From a virus (taxonomy: Duplodnaviria > Caudoviricetes), in IMG/VR virus record IMGVR_UViG_3300031836_000395, positions 1 to 33,326 of that record: a stretch of DNA of 33,326 nucleotides. One strand, given 5' to 3'. This document shows positions 32,994-33,326 of the stretch, piece by piece. Below the pieces are notes generated by a model. It was not told the DNA's origin. It searched no databases and worked only from the letters and a program-made list of their open reading frames with translations. Each line of letters starts with the position of its first letter. The first letter of the stretch is position 1. Both the position numbers and the translations under genes were made by a program.

Positions 32994-33023
32994 GAGAGAG
33001 TAGTTTTCCTAAAGGAGGAAGCC

Positions 33024-33326
33024 ATGGGAGTACCGTTCTTCGACATTCCGGATCGCATGCGCAAGGCGCGCGAATACGCAGACCTGGAGCAGGCCGAAAT
33101 GGCCGAGCGTTTAGGCGTGACGCGTACCACGGTGTCGCGATGGGAAACGGGCGCGAGCAAAGTCAAGACTCTCGTGCTACGCGCGTGGGCGCAGGAAACC
33201 GACGTGCCGCTCGCGTGGCTTCAGTGGGGAATGACAGAAGCCCCGACCACCTCTCCTAGCGGAGCGGCAATCGGGGCAGATAACGCTGTGGTGCGCCCGA
33301 AGGGATTCGAACCCCCAACCTTCTGA
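33024..33326 (+). CDS. Immunity repressor (XRE HTH), prophage-truncated form
   Basis: SD AAGGAGG, ATG 33024; RMRKAREYADLEQAEMAERLGVTRTTVSRWETG; 100 aa ending VRPKGFEPPTF encoded by the att core. Confidence 0.9.
   Translation: MGVPFFDIPDRMRKAREYADLEQAEMAERLGVTRTTVSRWETGASKVKTLVLRAWAQETDVPLAWLQWGMTEAPTTSPSGAAIGADNAVVRPKGFEPPTF
33240..33277 (-). terminator. Terminator for the reconstituted tRNA, antisense inside the repressor
   Basis: Minus strand GCCCCGATTGCCGCTCC-GCTA-GGAGAGGTGGTCGGGGC followed by TTCTGT; G-U pairs work only on the minus strand; 11 nt after the CCA end. Confidence 0.65.
33289..33326 (-). tRNA. 3' half of a tRNA, probably tRNA-Arg(ACG); att core at the prophage junction
   Basis: Reverse complement TCAGAAGGTTGGGGGTTCGAATCCCTTCGGGCGCACCA: anticodon-stem 3' strand, T-arm GGGGG-TTCGAAT-CCCTT, acceptor strand, CCA. 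The anticodon lies outside the window, so the isotype is from recall. Confidence 0.85.

Larger units (their letters stand above)
1..33326. mobile_element. Temperate siphovirus prophage integrated at a tRNA gene
   Basis: Integrase at one end, repressor/att core at the other, complete head, tail and lysis modules with no obvious pseudogenes. Confidence 0.93.

Overview
The window is an essentially complete ~33 kb temperate siphovirus prophage from a high-GC actinobacterium (WhiB gene, leaderless-type promoters, no LysB), shown in its integrated form. It begins at a short, arm-less tyrosine integrase (+). It ends in an XRE repressor (+) whose last codons and TGA stop are the reverse complement of the 3' half of a tRNA resembling actinobacterial tRNA-Arg(ACG). 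This is the layout of integration-dependent immunity described for mycobacteriophages BPs and Brujita. Nearly everything between is on the minus strand, in transcription order: Cro/excise-like HTH; an early operon (ParB-like, WhiB-HTH, MazG-like, DUF4326, VVA0879-like, membrane-anchored ASCH, DUF4406, many small Cys-rich proteins); a putative replication initiator with internal repeats; a putative late regulator; a structured late leader; HNH, TerS/TerL, HK97-type portal/protease/capsid, head-tail and tail genes; and a lysis cassette with an M15 endolysin. Most notable: (i) an inverted HIRAN gene fully covered by an antisense ORF translationally coupled at both ends; (ii) short conserved DNA linkers at gene junctions and inside mosaic early genes; (iii) a multi-hairpin late leader with competing helices; (iv) iteron-like repeats and a perfect G-quadruplex motif in the replication gene; (v) an internal start in the endolysin. 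All calls come from motif recognition and synteny; no database search was run.
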